DNA of 64,000 nucleotides from Mycobacteriales bacterium (GCA_040414495.1 JBEDUI010000081.1:528-64527); one strand, 5' to 3'; shown: positions 18,675 through 27,642, counted from the stretch's first letter. The notes: generated by a model from the sequence alone, not told the origin. Program-made: numbers and translations.

Positions 18675-18789
18675 TGTTCCTCCGAGAATTACCCCGATGG
18701 GTGATCGTTGTGATCACGCCCAGCCGAGCGTATTCACGGAGCTTGTCACGCAACTGACGGATTCGTGCCAACCGTGCTCAGGGCATGTA

Positions 18790-19578
18790 CTAGTCGAATT
18801 GATACGACCGTTTCGACAGGCCGTACCAGAATCCTTCGATCACGGCCTGCTGCGCGTCGATGCGGCCGGCCGCGCCGAGCGATACGAATAGCGGCGCGAA
18901 ATGCTCGGTGCGCGGATGCGCGATCCGGCCGGCCGGCGCCTTTCGGGCGAAATCGATGAGCCCGTCGAGGTCGCCGGCGGCCACCGCGCCCGAACCCCAC
19001 TCGTCGAATTCAACCGACCAGGCCGGTGGCGGCGCATCGGCCGGCGCGCCCAGATTCATTTCCCGCAGATTGTGGGTGAAAAAGCCACTGCCCATGATCA
19101 GCACGCCCTGCTCCCGCAGCGGCGCCAACCGGCGTCCGACCTCGAGCAGGCTCTGCGGGTCCAGGGTCGGCATCGACACCTGCAACACCGGAACGTCGGC
19201 GTCCGGGTACATCTCGACCAACGGTACGTATGCGCCATGGTCCAGACCACGCCCAGGAACGTCCTGTGTGGACATTCCGGTCGTGTGCAGCAGCGACCGG
19301 ACCTGCGCCGCGAGCGCTGGGGTGCCCGGGGCCGGATACCGCACCTGGTAGTAGTGGTCCGGGAAGCCCCAGAAGTCGTACGTCAGCGGCACGGTCTCGG
19401 TCGCCCCGATCGCCAGCGGCGCCTCTTCCCAGTGGGCCGAGACGACCAGGACCGCCGTGGGCCGGGGCAGATCGCGGGCCCAGGTCGCGAGTTGACTGGT
19501 CCAGAGGCGGTCGTCGGCCAGGATCGGGGCGCCGTGGCTCAGATACAGCACCGGCATCCGGGTGGTGGGCTGGCTCAT
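18790..19578 (-). CDS. class III extradiol ring-cleavage dioxygenase (4,5-DOPA dioxygenase / YgiD-like)
   Basis: ORF trimmed to ATG 19578 (AAGGAG upstream). MPVLYLSHGAP...VVSAHWE...TYDFWGFP...GLDHGAYVPL...GSGFFTHNL matches the LigB/YgiD family. Confidence 0.85.
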   Translation of the reverse strand: MSQPTTRMPVLYLSHGAPILADDRLWTSQLATWARDLPRPTAVLVVSAHWEEAPLAIGATETVPLTYDFWGFPDHYYQVRYPAPGTPALAAQVRSLLHTTGMSTQDVPGRGLDHGAYVPLVEMYPDADVPVLQVSMPTLDPQSLLEVGRRLAPLREQGVLIMGSGFFTHNLREMNLGAPADAPPPAWSVEFDEWGSGAVAAGDLDGLIDFARKAPAGRIAHPRTEHFAPLFVSLGAAGRIDAQQAVIEGFWYGLSKRSYQFD

Positions 19579-19614
19579 ATCCGCTCCTTGGGCCCTGACT
19601 CGTTGAGCATTCAA

Positions 19615-21339
19615 CTATACGGTGGCGGTGGCGCGCCGGCCACGAAACGCAAGCCGGGCCACAATGCCGAACACCACCAGCATGAGCCCGGCGTCCAGCA
19701 ATGCCGAACAGACCATGGCCCGGTCGTACCCGGAGTCCGCGACCGCGAAGAACGCCGCGCCGATCGCGGCAACCCCGGCCGAGCCGGCGAACTGGACCGT
19801 GGTGTTGAGCAGGCCCGAGCCCGCGCCGGCCTGGTCGGCCCGAACCTCGGCCATCGCCAACCCGAGAATCTGCGGCAGGACCAGACCGTTGCCCCCGCCG
19901 ACCAACAGCAGCGAAACCATGAGCCAGGCCAGCCCCGGCCGGCCCGGTTGCGCGACCTCCCACACGATCAACAGCAACCCGAGCGCCACGACCGCAGCAC
20001 CGACCGCCACAACCCGCGACCCGTACCGGCGGATCAGCCGGAATCCCAGCAACGACGTCGTACCGAACAGGACGCCCATCGGCGCGAACACCAGCCCGGC
20101 CTGCAACGCCGAGTAGCCCAACCGGTCCTGCAGCAGCAGGGTCAACGTGAACATGAAGCTGGCGAAGTACGCCATGAACGCGGCGCCGGCGACCAGACCC
20201 GAGCGGTACGAACGAACCCGCAGCAGGCTCAGGTCGAGCAACGGCTGGCGGCCCAGCGCGCCCAACCGTCGCTCGTACCGCAGGGTGACCACGGCAATCG
20301 GGACGGCGGCGACCGCCACCAGCCAGACCAACGGCCGGGAAATCGTGAGCGGAGCGAGTATCAACGCGAGCGCCGCCGAGACCCCGATCGCACCGCGCAG
20401 GTCCAGCCGGGTATGCCGGTCCGGGACCGAAGCCGGCAGCAGTCGCCAGGCCAGCGGGGCGGCGACCGCACAGATCGGCGTCGCGAACAGGAAGATGATC
20501 CGCCACCCGAGGCCGAACAGGTCCAGATCCAGCAGCAGCCCACCCAGCACCTGGCCGGCGATCGAGCCCAGACCGGAGGCGACCCCGTACCAGCCGAGCG
20601 CCCGACCGCGGTGTTCCTGCGGGATCGCAACCGTGACGATCGCCAACACCTGCGGCACCATCAGCGCACCGGCCAGCCCCTGCAGCATCCGGGCCAACAC
20701 CAGTTCGGTCGGGTTCTGCGCCAGCCCGCACAGCAGCGAGGCGACTGCGAAACCGACCATCCCGGCGACGAACGCGCGCCGGTGACCCCACAGATCGCCC
20801 AGTCGCCCGCCGGTGATCATGCCGGTCGCGTAGGCAAACGCGTAGCCACCGACGATCAGCTCCAACGCGGTCGGGCCGGCCTGCAGGTCGCGCGCGAACG
20901 AAGGCGCCGCGACATTGACAACAAAGAAGTCGAACTGGGCCAGGAACATCGCCGACATCAGCACGACCAGCATCGGGCCGGTCCGCTTGGTTCTGGTGGT
21001 CCTCACCATGTCGGTCCCAGTGTTCGTTGGCGCCCTGGTCGCAGTGTTATCCGTGCGGTCAGGCGCTGTGTTCGACATTGCGTTTTCCATTCCGCGATCG
21101 CCGCTCAGCGAGGCATCAGCCGCTCGTACGTTTGCCGCCCGGTTGTCATGCCCGGGTTGGTCCGGCGGGCTTTCCGGCCGCGGCGCATATATCCGAACGG
21201 CCGCCCGCGCTTCGAATCTTTCCGACGCCGTTACTGAAAATCGTTGCGCCCGGGCTGATCCCGCAACCACCGGCGCGGGCGTGGTTCTGTTCCTTCCCGA
21301 AATTCTCCGGCCGCGTTCCGTCCCGATTTCCGAAAGCAT
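19615..21339 (-). CDS. MFS transporter, DHA2 (14-TMS, EmrB/QacA-like) family; start uncertain
   Basis: The TM core starts near residue 120 (MLVVLMSAMFLAQFDFFVVNVAAPS...GGRLGDLWGHRR). ATG 21339 has a strong AGGAGGAG SD, but the first ~110 codons are compositionally atypical. Alternative starts are at 21090, 21078 and 21009. Confidence 0.85.
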   Translation of the reverse strand: MLSEIGTERGRRISGRNRTTPAPVVAGSARAQRFSVTASERFEARAAVRIYAPRPESPPDQPGHDNRAANVRAADASLSGDRGMENAMSNTAPDRTDNTATRAPTNTGTDMVRTTRTKRTGPMLVVLMSAMFLAQFDFFVVNVAAPSFARDLQAGPTALELIVGGYAFAYATGMITGGRLGDLWGHRRAFVAGMVGFAVASLLCGLAQNPTELVLARMLQGLAGALMVPQVLAIVTVAIPQEHRGRALGWYGVASGLGSIAGQVLGGLLLDLDLFGLGWRIIFLFATPICAVAAPLAWRLLPASVPDRHTRLDLRGAIGVSAALALILAPLTISRPLVWLVAVAAVPIAVVTLRYERRLGALGRQPLLDLSLLRVRSYRSGLVAGAAFMAYFASFMFTLTLLLQDRLGYSALQAGLVFAPMGVLFGTTSLLGFRLIRRYGSRVVAVGAAVVALGLLLIVWEVAQPGRPGLAWLMVSLLLVGGGNGLVLPQILGLAMAEVRADQAGAGSGLLNTTVQFAGSAGVAAIGAAFFAVADSGYDRAMVCSALLDAGLMLVVFGIVARLAFRGRRATATV

Positions 21340-21423
21340 CCCCGCGCTCCTCCTAGTTCACACTATTACGGATAGTAGATATCCACGATTTGAGATGTCC
21401 AGGATGTTTTCTAAACTGGTCCG

Positions 21424-21900
21424 GTGAAGTTGTCTCAGGGCGTCGAGTGGGGCTTGCACGTGGCCACGTTGCTGGCGCTGGCACCGGCCGGCCAGACGGT
21501 CCGGCGGGACGCCCTGGCCGGGCATTACGCCCTGCCCGAGGCGTATCTGGCCAAGCACCTGCAGGCGCTGACCCGGTCCGGCGTACTGCACGCCACGCCC
21601 GGGCCACGGGGCGGTTACCGGCTGGCCCGTGCGGCCGCCGATATTACGGTTCTCGAAGTCGTGGAGGCGGTCGACGGAGCGGCCAAGCCGTTTATCTGCC
21701 AGGAGATCCGGCAACGCGGCGCCAGCGGATTATCGCCCGAGGAATGCCGCCGCCCGTGCCTGATCCATTCGGTGATGAACGATGCCGACGAGGCGTGGCG
21801 GTCCTCGCTGCGCGAAGTGACCCTGGCCGATCTGGTCGCGGGCCTGCCGAGCCGGATCCGGCGGCGCAACGAGAAGCTAATGGCGGACGCGGCCAGCTGA
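21424..21900 (+). CDS. Rrf2 family transcriptional regulator
   Basis: MKLSQGVEWGLHVATLLA...RRDALAGHYALPEAYLAKHLQALTRSGVLHATPGPRGGYRLAR is a winged-helix Rrf2 signature. Three Cys (CQE...EECRRPC) might ligate a cluster. Divergent from the MFS gene. Confidence 0.9.
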   Translation: MKLSQGVEWGLHVATLLALAPAGQTVRRDALAGHYALPEAYLAKHLQALTRSGVLHATPGPRGGYRLARAAADITVLEVVEAVDGAAKPFICQEIRQRGASGLSPEECRRPCLIHSVMNDADEAWRSSLREVTLADLVAGLPSRIRRRNEKLMADAAS

Positions 21901-21909
21901 ACAATCAGG

Positions 21910-21959
21910 GACCGCCTCCCGGGACACCGGAGAGGGGGGTGATGTCCCCGGAGGCGGTC
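21910..21959 (+). terminator. long stem-loop after the Rrf2 gene
   Basis: GACCGCCTCCCGGGACA (21910-21926) pairs with TGTCCCCGGAGGCGGTC (21943-21959), 17-nt arms with one mismatched pair and a 16-nt loop. Confidence 0.6.
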
Positions 21960-22091
21960 GGTCATCACGAGCCGCTTGATCAGAGCGACATCGTGCCGTG
22001 CAGGTCACACCGTAGCCCCGGAACACCCCCCGCTGGGAATGGAACGGGCAAATATCTCATTGCTGGCAGGGATTCTCGTACAGTCGAGCGC

Positions 22092-22523
22092 ATGGCGCCG
22101 ACCTTTGACGATGTTCGGCGGCTCGCCGCCGAGGAAACTGGCCTGGCCGTTCTGGCCACTACCCGAACCGACGGCAGCGTGCACGCCACCGTGGTAAACG
22201 CGGGCCCGCTCACCGACCCGATCTCCGCACAACCCAGCGTCGGCGTGGTGGTTCGCGGCGATGCCCGCAAGCTGGAGCACCTGCGTCGTACCGGGCACGC
22301 GACGCTGACCTTCCGCCGCGGCTGGAACTGGGTATCGCTCGACGGCCCGGTGCGGATCATTCCGCCGGGCCACCCGGACGTGGACGTACCGGCCCTGCTG
22401 CGAGCGATCTTCACCGCGGCCGGAGGCACCCACGAAGACTGGGCCGAGTTCGACCGGGTGATGGCCGCCGAGAAACGGGTCGCGGTCCTGGTCGAGCCGA
22501 CCCGCATCACCGGCAACGGTTGA
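22092..22523 (+). CDS. pyridoxamine 5'-phosphate oxidase-family protein (probable F420-dependent PPOX class)
   Basis: Only the C-terminal part of track ORF 21390..22523 looks coding. It starts at ATG 22092: MAPTFDDVRRLAAEETGLAVLATTRTDGSVHATVVNAG...ATLTFRRGWNWVSLDGPVRII. Confidence 0.75.
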   Translation: MAPTFDDVRRLAAEETGLAVLATTRTDGSVHATVVNAGPLTDPISAQPSVGVVVRGDARKLEHLRRTGHATLTFRRGWNWVSLDGPVRIIPPGHPDVDVPALLRAIFTAAGGTHEDWAEFDRVMAAEKRVAVLVEPTRITGNG

Positions 22524-22572
22524 CCGAACCGGGTTAGGGTAGGGCGTTTGTACCGCCGGCCAACGGATCGAG

Positions 22573-23076
22573 ATGAACGAACACTTCAAGGACGTCCTGC
22601 ACGCGAACGAACAGTTCGCGCAGCACTACAACAGCAGCCACCTGGTCGGACGCGCCGCCCGCGGGCTGGCCATCGTCACCTGCATGGACTCGCGTATCGA
22701 CCCGCTGGGCATGCTCGGCCTGGCCAAGGGCGACGCCAAGATCCTGCGCAACGCCGGCGCCCGGGTGACCGATGACGTGCTACGGACCCTCGTGCTCGCG
22801 GTCCACCTGCTTGCGGTCGACCGGGTCATGGTCGTGGCCCACACCGACTGCCGGATGACCAAGGTCACCGACGACGAGGTGCACGAGGCAATTCGGGCCG
22901 ACGCCGGCCTGGACACCCGCAGCCTGGAATTCGGCGCGATTTCGGACCAGCGGGCCGTGCTGGCCCACGACGTGCAGCGGGTCCGTAGCTCGCCGTATCT
23001 GCCGGACGGCCTGCCCGTGCTTGGCTGCGTGTACGACCTGGACACCGGGCGGGTCAACATTCTGGTAACCGAGTAG
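22573..23076 (+). CDS. beta-class carbonic anhydrase
   Basis: Zinc ligand motifs CMDSRID and VAHTDCRM; size and layout like Rv1284-type beta-CAs. Confidence 0.88.
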   Translation: MNEHFKDVLHANEQFAQHYNSSHLVGRAARGLAIVTCMDSRIDPLGMLGLAKGDAKILRNAGARVTDDVLRTLVLAVHLLAVDRVMVVAHTDCRMTKVTDDEVHEAIRADAGLDTRSLEFGAISDQRAVLAHDVQRVRSSPYLPDGLPVLGCVYDLDTGRVNILVTE

Positions 23077-23154
23077 CGGCTCATCTGTCGAAATCGCCGC
23101 CACAGTTTCTACGGGTTCTATGACAGCTCCACCACGAACCCGATAGGAGAAACA

Positions 23155-23523
23155 ATGGCAACGACTCTCGGCAGCATTCTGCTGGGCACCGCCGATCCGG
23201 ACCGGCTGCGGCGTTGGTACGTCGAAGCTTTCGACGCGAAGGTCGACGAGTACGGATTTCTCCAGTTCGAGGACAGCCCGGGCGTTCTGGTCGACGGCCG
23301 CTCCGATGTGCAGCCGGCCAATCCCGAGCCGGGCCGGGTCATCCTCAACTTCCATGTCGACGACGCCCGGGCCACCGCGGCCCACCTCGATGGAATGGGC
23401 GTCTCCTGGCTGGTGCCGGTCGAGAAACGCGACAACGGCCTGTTCGGCACGCTGCTCGACCCCGACGGCAACTACGTCCAGATCATCCAGCTGAGCGAGG
23501 AATACCTCGCCGCTCGGTCCTGA
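23155..23523 (+). CDS. VOC (glyoxalase/bleomycin-resistance/dioxygenase) family protein
   Basis: 122 aa with single VOC domain pattern (LGSILLGTADPDRLRRWY...LLDPDGNYVQIIQ). Confidence 0.75.
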   Translation: MATTLGSILLGTADPDRLRRWYVEAFDAKVDEYGFLQFEDSPGVLVDGRSDVQPANPEPGRVILNFHVDDARATAAHLDGMGVSWLVPVEKRDNGLFGTLLDPDGNYVQIIQLSEEYLAARS

Positions 23524-23560
23524 CCCGTAATTTACTGTCCACTGTGAGGGGACAATTGTC

Positions 23561-23926
23561 ATGTTCGAGAAAACAAAGGCATTCAGCGGCTTCTCGGTGA
23601 ACGACATCCCGAACGCCAAGGCGTTCTACAGCCAGACCCTGGGCCTGCGGGTTTCAGAGGAAAACGGAATGCTGATCCTGCATGTCGCCGGCGACCGGGA
23701 CATCCTGGTCTACCCAAAGGACAACCACACCCCGGCCACGTTCACCATTCTCAATTTCCCGGTGACCGATATCGAGACGGCCGTCGACGAGCTGTCGTCC
23801 CGGGGCGTCCGGTTCGAACACTACGAAGGCCTGGACGAAAAAGGAATCAACCGGCAGGGCGGCCCGCTGATTGCCTGGTTCCAGGACCCGGCCGGCAACA
23901 TTCTGTCCGTACTGCAGGAAGACTGA
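23561..23926 (+). CDS. VOC (glyoxalase) family protein
   Basis: 121 aa: [21 protein letters not shown]...[13 protein letters not shown]. Confidence 0.75.
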   Translation: MFEKTKAFSGFSVNDIPNAKAFYSQTLGLRVSEENGMLILHVAGDRDILVYPKDNHTPATFTILNFPVTDIETAVDELSSRGVRFEHYEGLDEKGINRQGGPLIAWFQDPAGNILSVLQED

Positions 23927-24004
23927 ACCACCAGATAGGCGGCCCAGGGCGTGTCTCTCGAATTCTCGGCCTGCTGCGACGCCCGAGATTTATGAGACGC
24001 GCCC

Positions 24005-24032
24005 AGGGCGTGTTGCTAAAGCAGCACGCCCT
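24005..24032. terminator. stem-loop overlapping the dnaB stop codon (member of the GGGCGTG-armed element family)
   Basis: AGGGCGTGTTGC-TAAA-GCAGCACGCCCT, a 12-bp stem including one G-T pair. It sits between the convergent VOC and dnaB genes. Confidence 0.55.
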
Positions 24033-25404
24033 AGTCCTGCTGCATATCGACGAACCGTTGGTAATGGCCCTGAAAGGCGACGGTGATCGTGCCGGTCGGG
24101 CCATTACGGTTCTTGGCCAGAATCAGGTCCGCCTCGCCGGCGCGGGGCGATTCGCGTTCGTACATGTCCTCGCGGTGCAGCAGGATGACCATGTCGGAGT
24201 CCTGCTCGATAGCTCCGGATTCACGCAGGTCCGAGAGCATCGGCTTTTTGTCGGTGCGCTGCTCTGGACCACGGTTCAACTGGCTGATCGCAATGACGGG
24301 GCAATCGAGTTCCTTGGCCAGCAGCTTCAGCGACCGGGAGAACTCGCTGACCTCCATCTGCCGTGATTCGACCCGCTTGCCGCTGGTCATCAGCTGCAGA
24401 TAGTCGATGACGATGAGCTTGAGGTTGTGCCGCTGTTTCAGGCGCCGCGATTTGGCCCGGATTTCCATCATGGTCAGGTTGGGCGAGTCGTCGATATACA
24501 GCGGCGCGTCGGCTACCTCGCCCATTCGCCGGGCCAGCCGGCCCCAGTCGTCGTCGCTCATATTGCCCGAACGCATGTGGTGCAGCGGAACCTTCGCCTC
24601 GGCCGAGAGCAGACGCATGGTGATCTCGGACTTGCTCATTTCCAGCGAGAAGATCACCGATGCCTCGCCGCCGCGGATCGAGCACTGCCGGGCCAGATTC
24701 AGCCCGAGGATCGACTTTCCGACACCGGGCCGAGCGGCGATGGTGACCATCTGCGAGGGCTGCAAGCCGTTGGTGATTTGGTCCAGTTCGGAGAATCCGG
24801 TGGGTACGCCGAGGCTCACCCCGCCGCGGCTGGCGATGGCGTCGATCTCATCCATCGTCCCCTGCAGCAGCTGCTCGAGCCGGACGTAGTCCTCGCTGGT
24901 CCGCTGCTCGGTGATGTCGTAAACGGCGGCCTGGGCCCGGTCGACGACGTCGTCGATGTCGCCGGCATCGTTGGCCGCGCCGTACCCCAACTGCACGATC
25001 CGCGTCCCGGCCTCGATGAGCCGGCGCAACACGGCCCGTTCGGCCACGATCTGGGCGTAGTAGCCGGCGTTGGCCGCGGTCGGCACGGACGAGATCAGGG
25101 TGTGCAGGTACGGAGTGCCACCTATCCGGGTCAGCTGCCCGGAGCGGGTCAGCTCGGCCGAGACGGTGATCGGGTCGGCCGGCTCGCCCCGCCCGTACAG
25201 ATCGAGGATGGTGTCGTAGATCGACTGGTGCGCTGGGCGGTAGAAGTCGGTGCCATTGAGCACCTCGACCACGTCGGCGATGGCGTCCTTGGAGAGCAGC
25301 ATGCCGCCAAGCACCGACTGCTCGGCCTGCAGATCCTGCGGCGGCTGCCGGTCATACGCCGCTGGCGCTGGCCCGGCCACCTCGCGGTCATCGACAACCG
25401 CCAT
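24031..25404 (-). CDS. dnaB: replicative DNA helicase DnaB (no intein)
   Basis: N-terminal PPQDLQAEQSVLGGMLL. Walker A GARPGVGKS, Walker B LIVIDYLQLM, and the RecA-like C-terminal domain. Confidence 0.97.
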   Translation of the reverse strand: MAVVDDREVAGPAPAAYDRQPPQDLQAEQSVLGGMLLSKDAIADVVEVLNGTDFYRPAHQSIYDTILDLYGRGEPADPITVSAELTRSGQLTRIGGTPYLHTLISSVPTAANAGYYAQIVAERAVLRRLIEAGTRIVQLGYGAANDAGDIDDVVDRAQAAVYDITEQRTSEDYVRLEQLLQGTMDEIDAIASRGGVSLGVPTGFSELDQITNGLQPSQMVTIAARPGVGKSILGLNLARQCSIRGGEASVIFSLEMSKSEITMRLLSAEAKVPLHHMRSGNMSDDDWGRLARRMGEVADAPLYIDDSPNLTMMEIRAKSRRLKQRHNLKLIVIDYLQLMTSGKRVESRQMEVSEFSRSLKLLAKELDCPVIAISQLNRGPEQRTDKKPMLSDLRESGAIEQDSDMVILLHREDMYERESPRAGEADLILAKNRNGPTGTITVAFQGHYQRFVDMQQD

Positions 25405-25458
25405 CAGCGTCTCCCCCCTCCGGCCTGTCTGCTCGCGCCGACAGCCAACCCCGCGGCA

Positions 25459-26130
25459 ATATCCACAGCCCTGTCCACCGGGCCACTACCGATCGGCCGA
25501 ATCAACGACGGCTTGTGGACAACCGGCTCGACGAATGCACCGATACCACCCTTGCCGATCACGTCCGCGCCGTCGCGCGGCGCGCCGGGCCCGTTGTCCG
25601 ATGTTGCGAACAGCACGCCCCGGCCACCTGCTTTCACAGCGGAGTCCAGGCCGGCCTTTCGGCCCGCCGCCATCGTCACGCCCGGCTTGTCCGTCGACCG
25701 TCGCCCCATGCCCGCCTTGCGCCCCCTGCATCGTCGGATCCGAGCCGGTTAACCGACCCGGATCCGATCCCGCCGCCATGTCGGACCGCCCCGGTCCGTC
25801 CGTCCATCTGTCGACATCTGTCTACATCGAGGGTCTGACATGGCTCGCCCCCAAAACCGCGTCGGAGACCGACTCAGAAACCGACTGGGTGAGGCTAGAG
25901 CCGGTTGCGCCGCCGACTCAATTCCGCCTGTGGGCGAAGCTGCGGACAGCCTGTGGAGGAAGCGGCGCGTCCCTGTGCGGAGAATGCGGACGGCCTGTGG
26001 ATTAGCTTGTGGGAAACGCTCACATAGGGGCGCTGACCTGCGGCTTCACGATCGACAGGCTGTGGACAAAAAATTCCTGGGCTCGATTTGTCATCGACTG
26101 ACGAGCCGCGGCGGTGACCGTTGTGGGCGA
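25459..26130. promoter_or_regulatory. cluster of DnaA-box-like 9-mers in the rplI-dnaB gap
   Basis: Perfect TGTGGACAA at 25514-25522 and 26061-26069. Also TGTGGATTA 25996-26004, TGTGGGAAA 26008-26016, TGTGGGCGA 25929-25937 and 26122-26130, and TGTGGAGGA 25952-25960. On the opposite strand, ATATCCACA 25459-25467 and CTGTCCACC 25471-25479. Confidence 0.6.
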
Positions 26131-26340
26131 ATTCGCCGGGCCGGCTTTCAGCCGTATTGAGCCTCTCTCGCGACCGCTGGTGGGCAAGGCCCACCAAAAG
26201 GCGACGTCAATCCGTAGCCAAGTGCGCTGCGCCAGCCTGGGGCTGGGGACTCGGCGGTTACCGAAAGTCATCGCGACCGCCGCGGCGCCAGATCGGTGCG
26301 CGCCAATGGCCGGAGCGGCCGGACCCGCTCAAGCAGATGG

Positions 26341-26379
26341 CCCGGGTACTCGCCGCCAGAACGACGGCGAGATCCCGGG
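26341..26379 (-). terminator. GC-rich stem-loop just downstream of rplI
   Basis: CCCGGG..CTCGCCG (26341-26355) pairs with CGGCGAG..CCCGGG (26365-26379), with a 2-nt internal mismatch and a 9-nt loop. There is no clear U-tract. Confidence 0.4.
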
Positions 26380-26401
26380 CCTGATCTTGCGGTGCGGTTG
26401 G

Positions 26402-26848
26402 CTATTCGCCGACGACGTTCAGCGAGACCGCGGCGACAACCTCAGGGTGGATCCGAACGCTGACCTTGTGCGTACCGGTGCTCTTGATGTGGCCCGGCAA
26501 CTCGATGCGACGACGGTCGACGTTCGGTCCGCCGGCCGCCTTCACTGCCGCGACCACGTCGGCCGCGGTGACCGAACCAAACAGGCGGCCGCCATCGCCG
26601 GCCTTGGCGCGCAGGGTCACCTTCAGCGACTCGAGCTGGCCCTTGATCTCGTTGGCGTGGCCCAGGTCGCGCACCTCGCGCACCTCGCGGGCTCGCTTGA
26701 TCTGGGCGATCTGCTTCTCGCCGCCACGCGTCCACGCGATCGCGTAGCCACGCGGGACGAGGTAATTGCGGCCGTAACCGTCCTTGACCTCGACCACGTC
26801 GCCGGGCGCGCCGACCCCGCTGACCTCCTGCGTGAGGATGAGCTTCAC
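26402..26848 (-). CDS. rplI: 50S ribosomal protein L9
   Basis: [36 protein letters not shown]..., 148 aa. Confidence 0.97.
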   Translation of the reverse strand: MKLILTQEVSGVGAPGDVVEVKDGYGRNYLVPRGYAIAWTRGGEKQIAQIKRAREVREVRDLGHANEIKGQLESLKVTLRAKAGDGGRLFGSVTAADVVAAVKAAGGPNVDRRRIELPGHIKSTGTHKVSVRIHPEVVAAVSLNVVGE

Positions 26849-26862
26849 GATCGACTCCTTCC

Positions 26863-27099
26863 TCAGCGAGCGGTGCTGGTGTAGGGCAGCAACGCCATCT
26901 CACGGCTGTTCTTGATCGCCGTGGCGACGTCACGCTGGTGCTGGCTGCAATTGCCGGTCACCCGGCGGGCCCGGATCTTGCCGCGGTCGGAGATGTACTT
27001 CCGCAGCAGGGTGGTGTCCTTGAAGTCGATGTAGCGCACCTTGTCCTTACAGAAAACGCACACCTTCTTCTTGGGCTTGCGTATTGGTGCCTTGGACAT
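26863..27099 (-). CDS. rpsR: 30S ribosomal protein S18
   Basis: [60 protein letters not shown]. Confidence 0.97.
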   Translation of the reverse strand: MSKAPIRKPKKKVCVFCKDKVRYIDFKDTTLLRKYISDRGKIRARRVTGNCSQHQRDVATAIKNSREMALLPYTSTAR

Positions 27100-27129
27100 G
27101 TTGATCTGATTTCTCCTAAAAATCTGGGG

Positions 27130-27642
27130 TTAGAACGGCGGCTCGTCCGAGTACCCACCGGAGGAGGCCGCCGGAGCAGAGGCCCACGGGTCGTCGGACT
27201 GTCCTCCGCCCGACGGCGCACCGCCGCCGTAGCCACCGCTGTCGCCGCCGCCACCGAAACCGCCGCCCGAGCTGCCCCGCGAGGTCTTGTTGACCTTCGC
27301 GGTGGCGTAACGCAGGGACGGGCCGATTTCGTCGACGTCGAGCTCGACGACGGTCCGCTTCTCGCCTTCCTTGGTTTCGAACGACCGCTGCTTGAGCCGG
27401 CCGTTGACCACCACGCGGGTGCCCCGGGTCAGCGACTCCGCGACGTTCTCCGCGGCCTGCCGCCAGACCGAGCAGCGCAGGAACAGCGCTTCGCCGTCCT
27501 TCCACTCGTTGGTCTGCCGGTCGAAGGTGCGCGGCGTCGAGGCCACGGTGAAGTTGGCGACGGCCGCACCCGACGGGGTGAACCGAAGCTCAGGGTCGGC
27601 GGTCAGGTTGCCGACCACGGTGATGACTGTCTCGCCTGCCAT
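27130..27642 (-). CDS. ssb: single-stranded DNA-binding protein
   Basis: OB fold [36 protein letters not shown]..., a Gly-rich tail, and a C-terminal acidic tip DEPPF. Confidence 0.97.
   Translation of the reverse strand: MAGETVITVVGNLTADPELRFTPSGAAVANFTVASTPRTFDRQTNEWKDGEALFLRCSVWRQAAENVAESLTRGTRVVVNGRLKQRSFETKEGEKRTVVELDVDEIGPSLRYATAKVNKTSRGSSGGGFGGGGDSGGYGGGAPSGGGQSDDPWASAPAASSGGYSDEPPF

Noticed and set aside
18901-21237. 778-aa plus-strand ORF spanning the dioxygenase and MFS genes; also 19010..20791(-), 32787..34610(-), 33134..34555(+), 41925..43298(-), 47965..49191(-), 49234..50727(-) and 59943..61094(-)
   Set aside because: All are out-of-frame or antisense shadows of genes with clear family signatures. 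Their products are extremely Arg/Pro/Gly-rich with no motifs.
21390-22523. 377-aa ORF fusing the Rrf2 region to the PPOX-like gene
   Set aside because: The N-terminal two thirds overlaps the Rrf2 gene in another frame and reads as junk. Only the part from ATG 22092 matches a PPOX-family fold.
25404-25709. 101-aa Gly-rich ORF whose TGA overlaps the dnaB ATG (ATGA), suggesting a coupled upstream gene
   Set aside because: Codon usage is mixed and I recognise no family. It is covered by three DnaA-box-like sites, and dnaB has its own GGAGGGGGGAG ribosome-binding site. It is more likely non-coding promoter DNA. A homology search for an Rv0057-like protein would settle it.
25405-26401. Possibility that this DnaA-box cluster is the canonical oriC
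   Set aside because: No dnaA or dnaN gene flanks it. The context (rplI/dnaB) differs from the conserved actinobacterial dnaA-dnaN origin. I see no extended AT-rich unwinding element beyond one short A-tract. It is kept as a secondary cluster hypothesis only.
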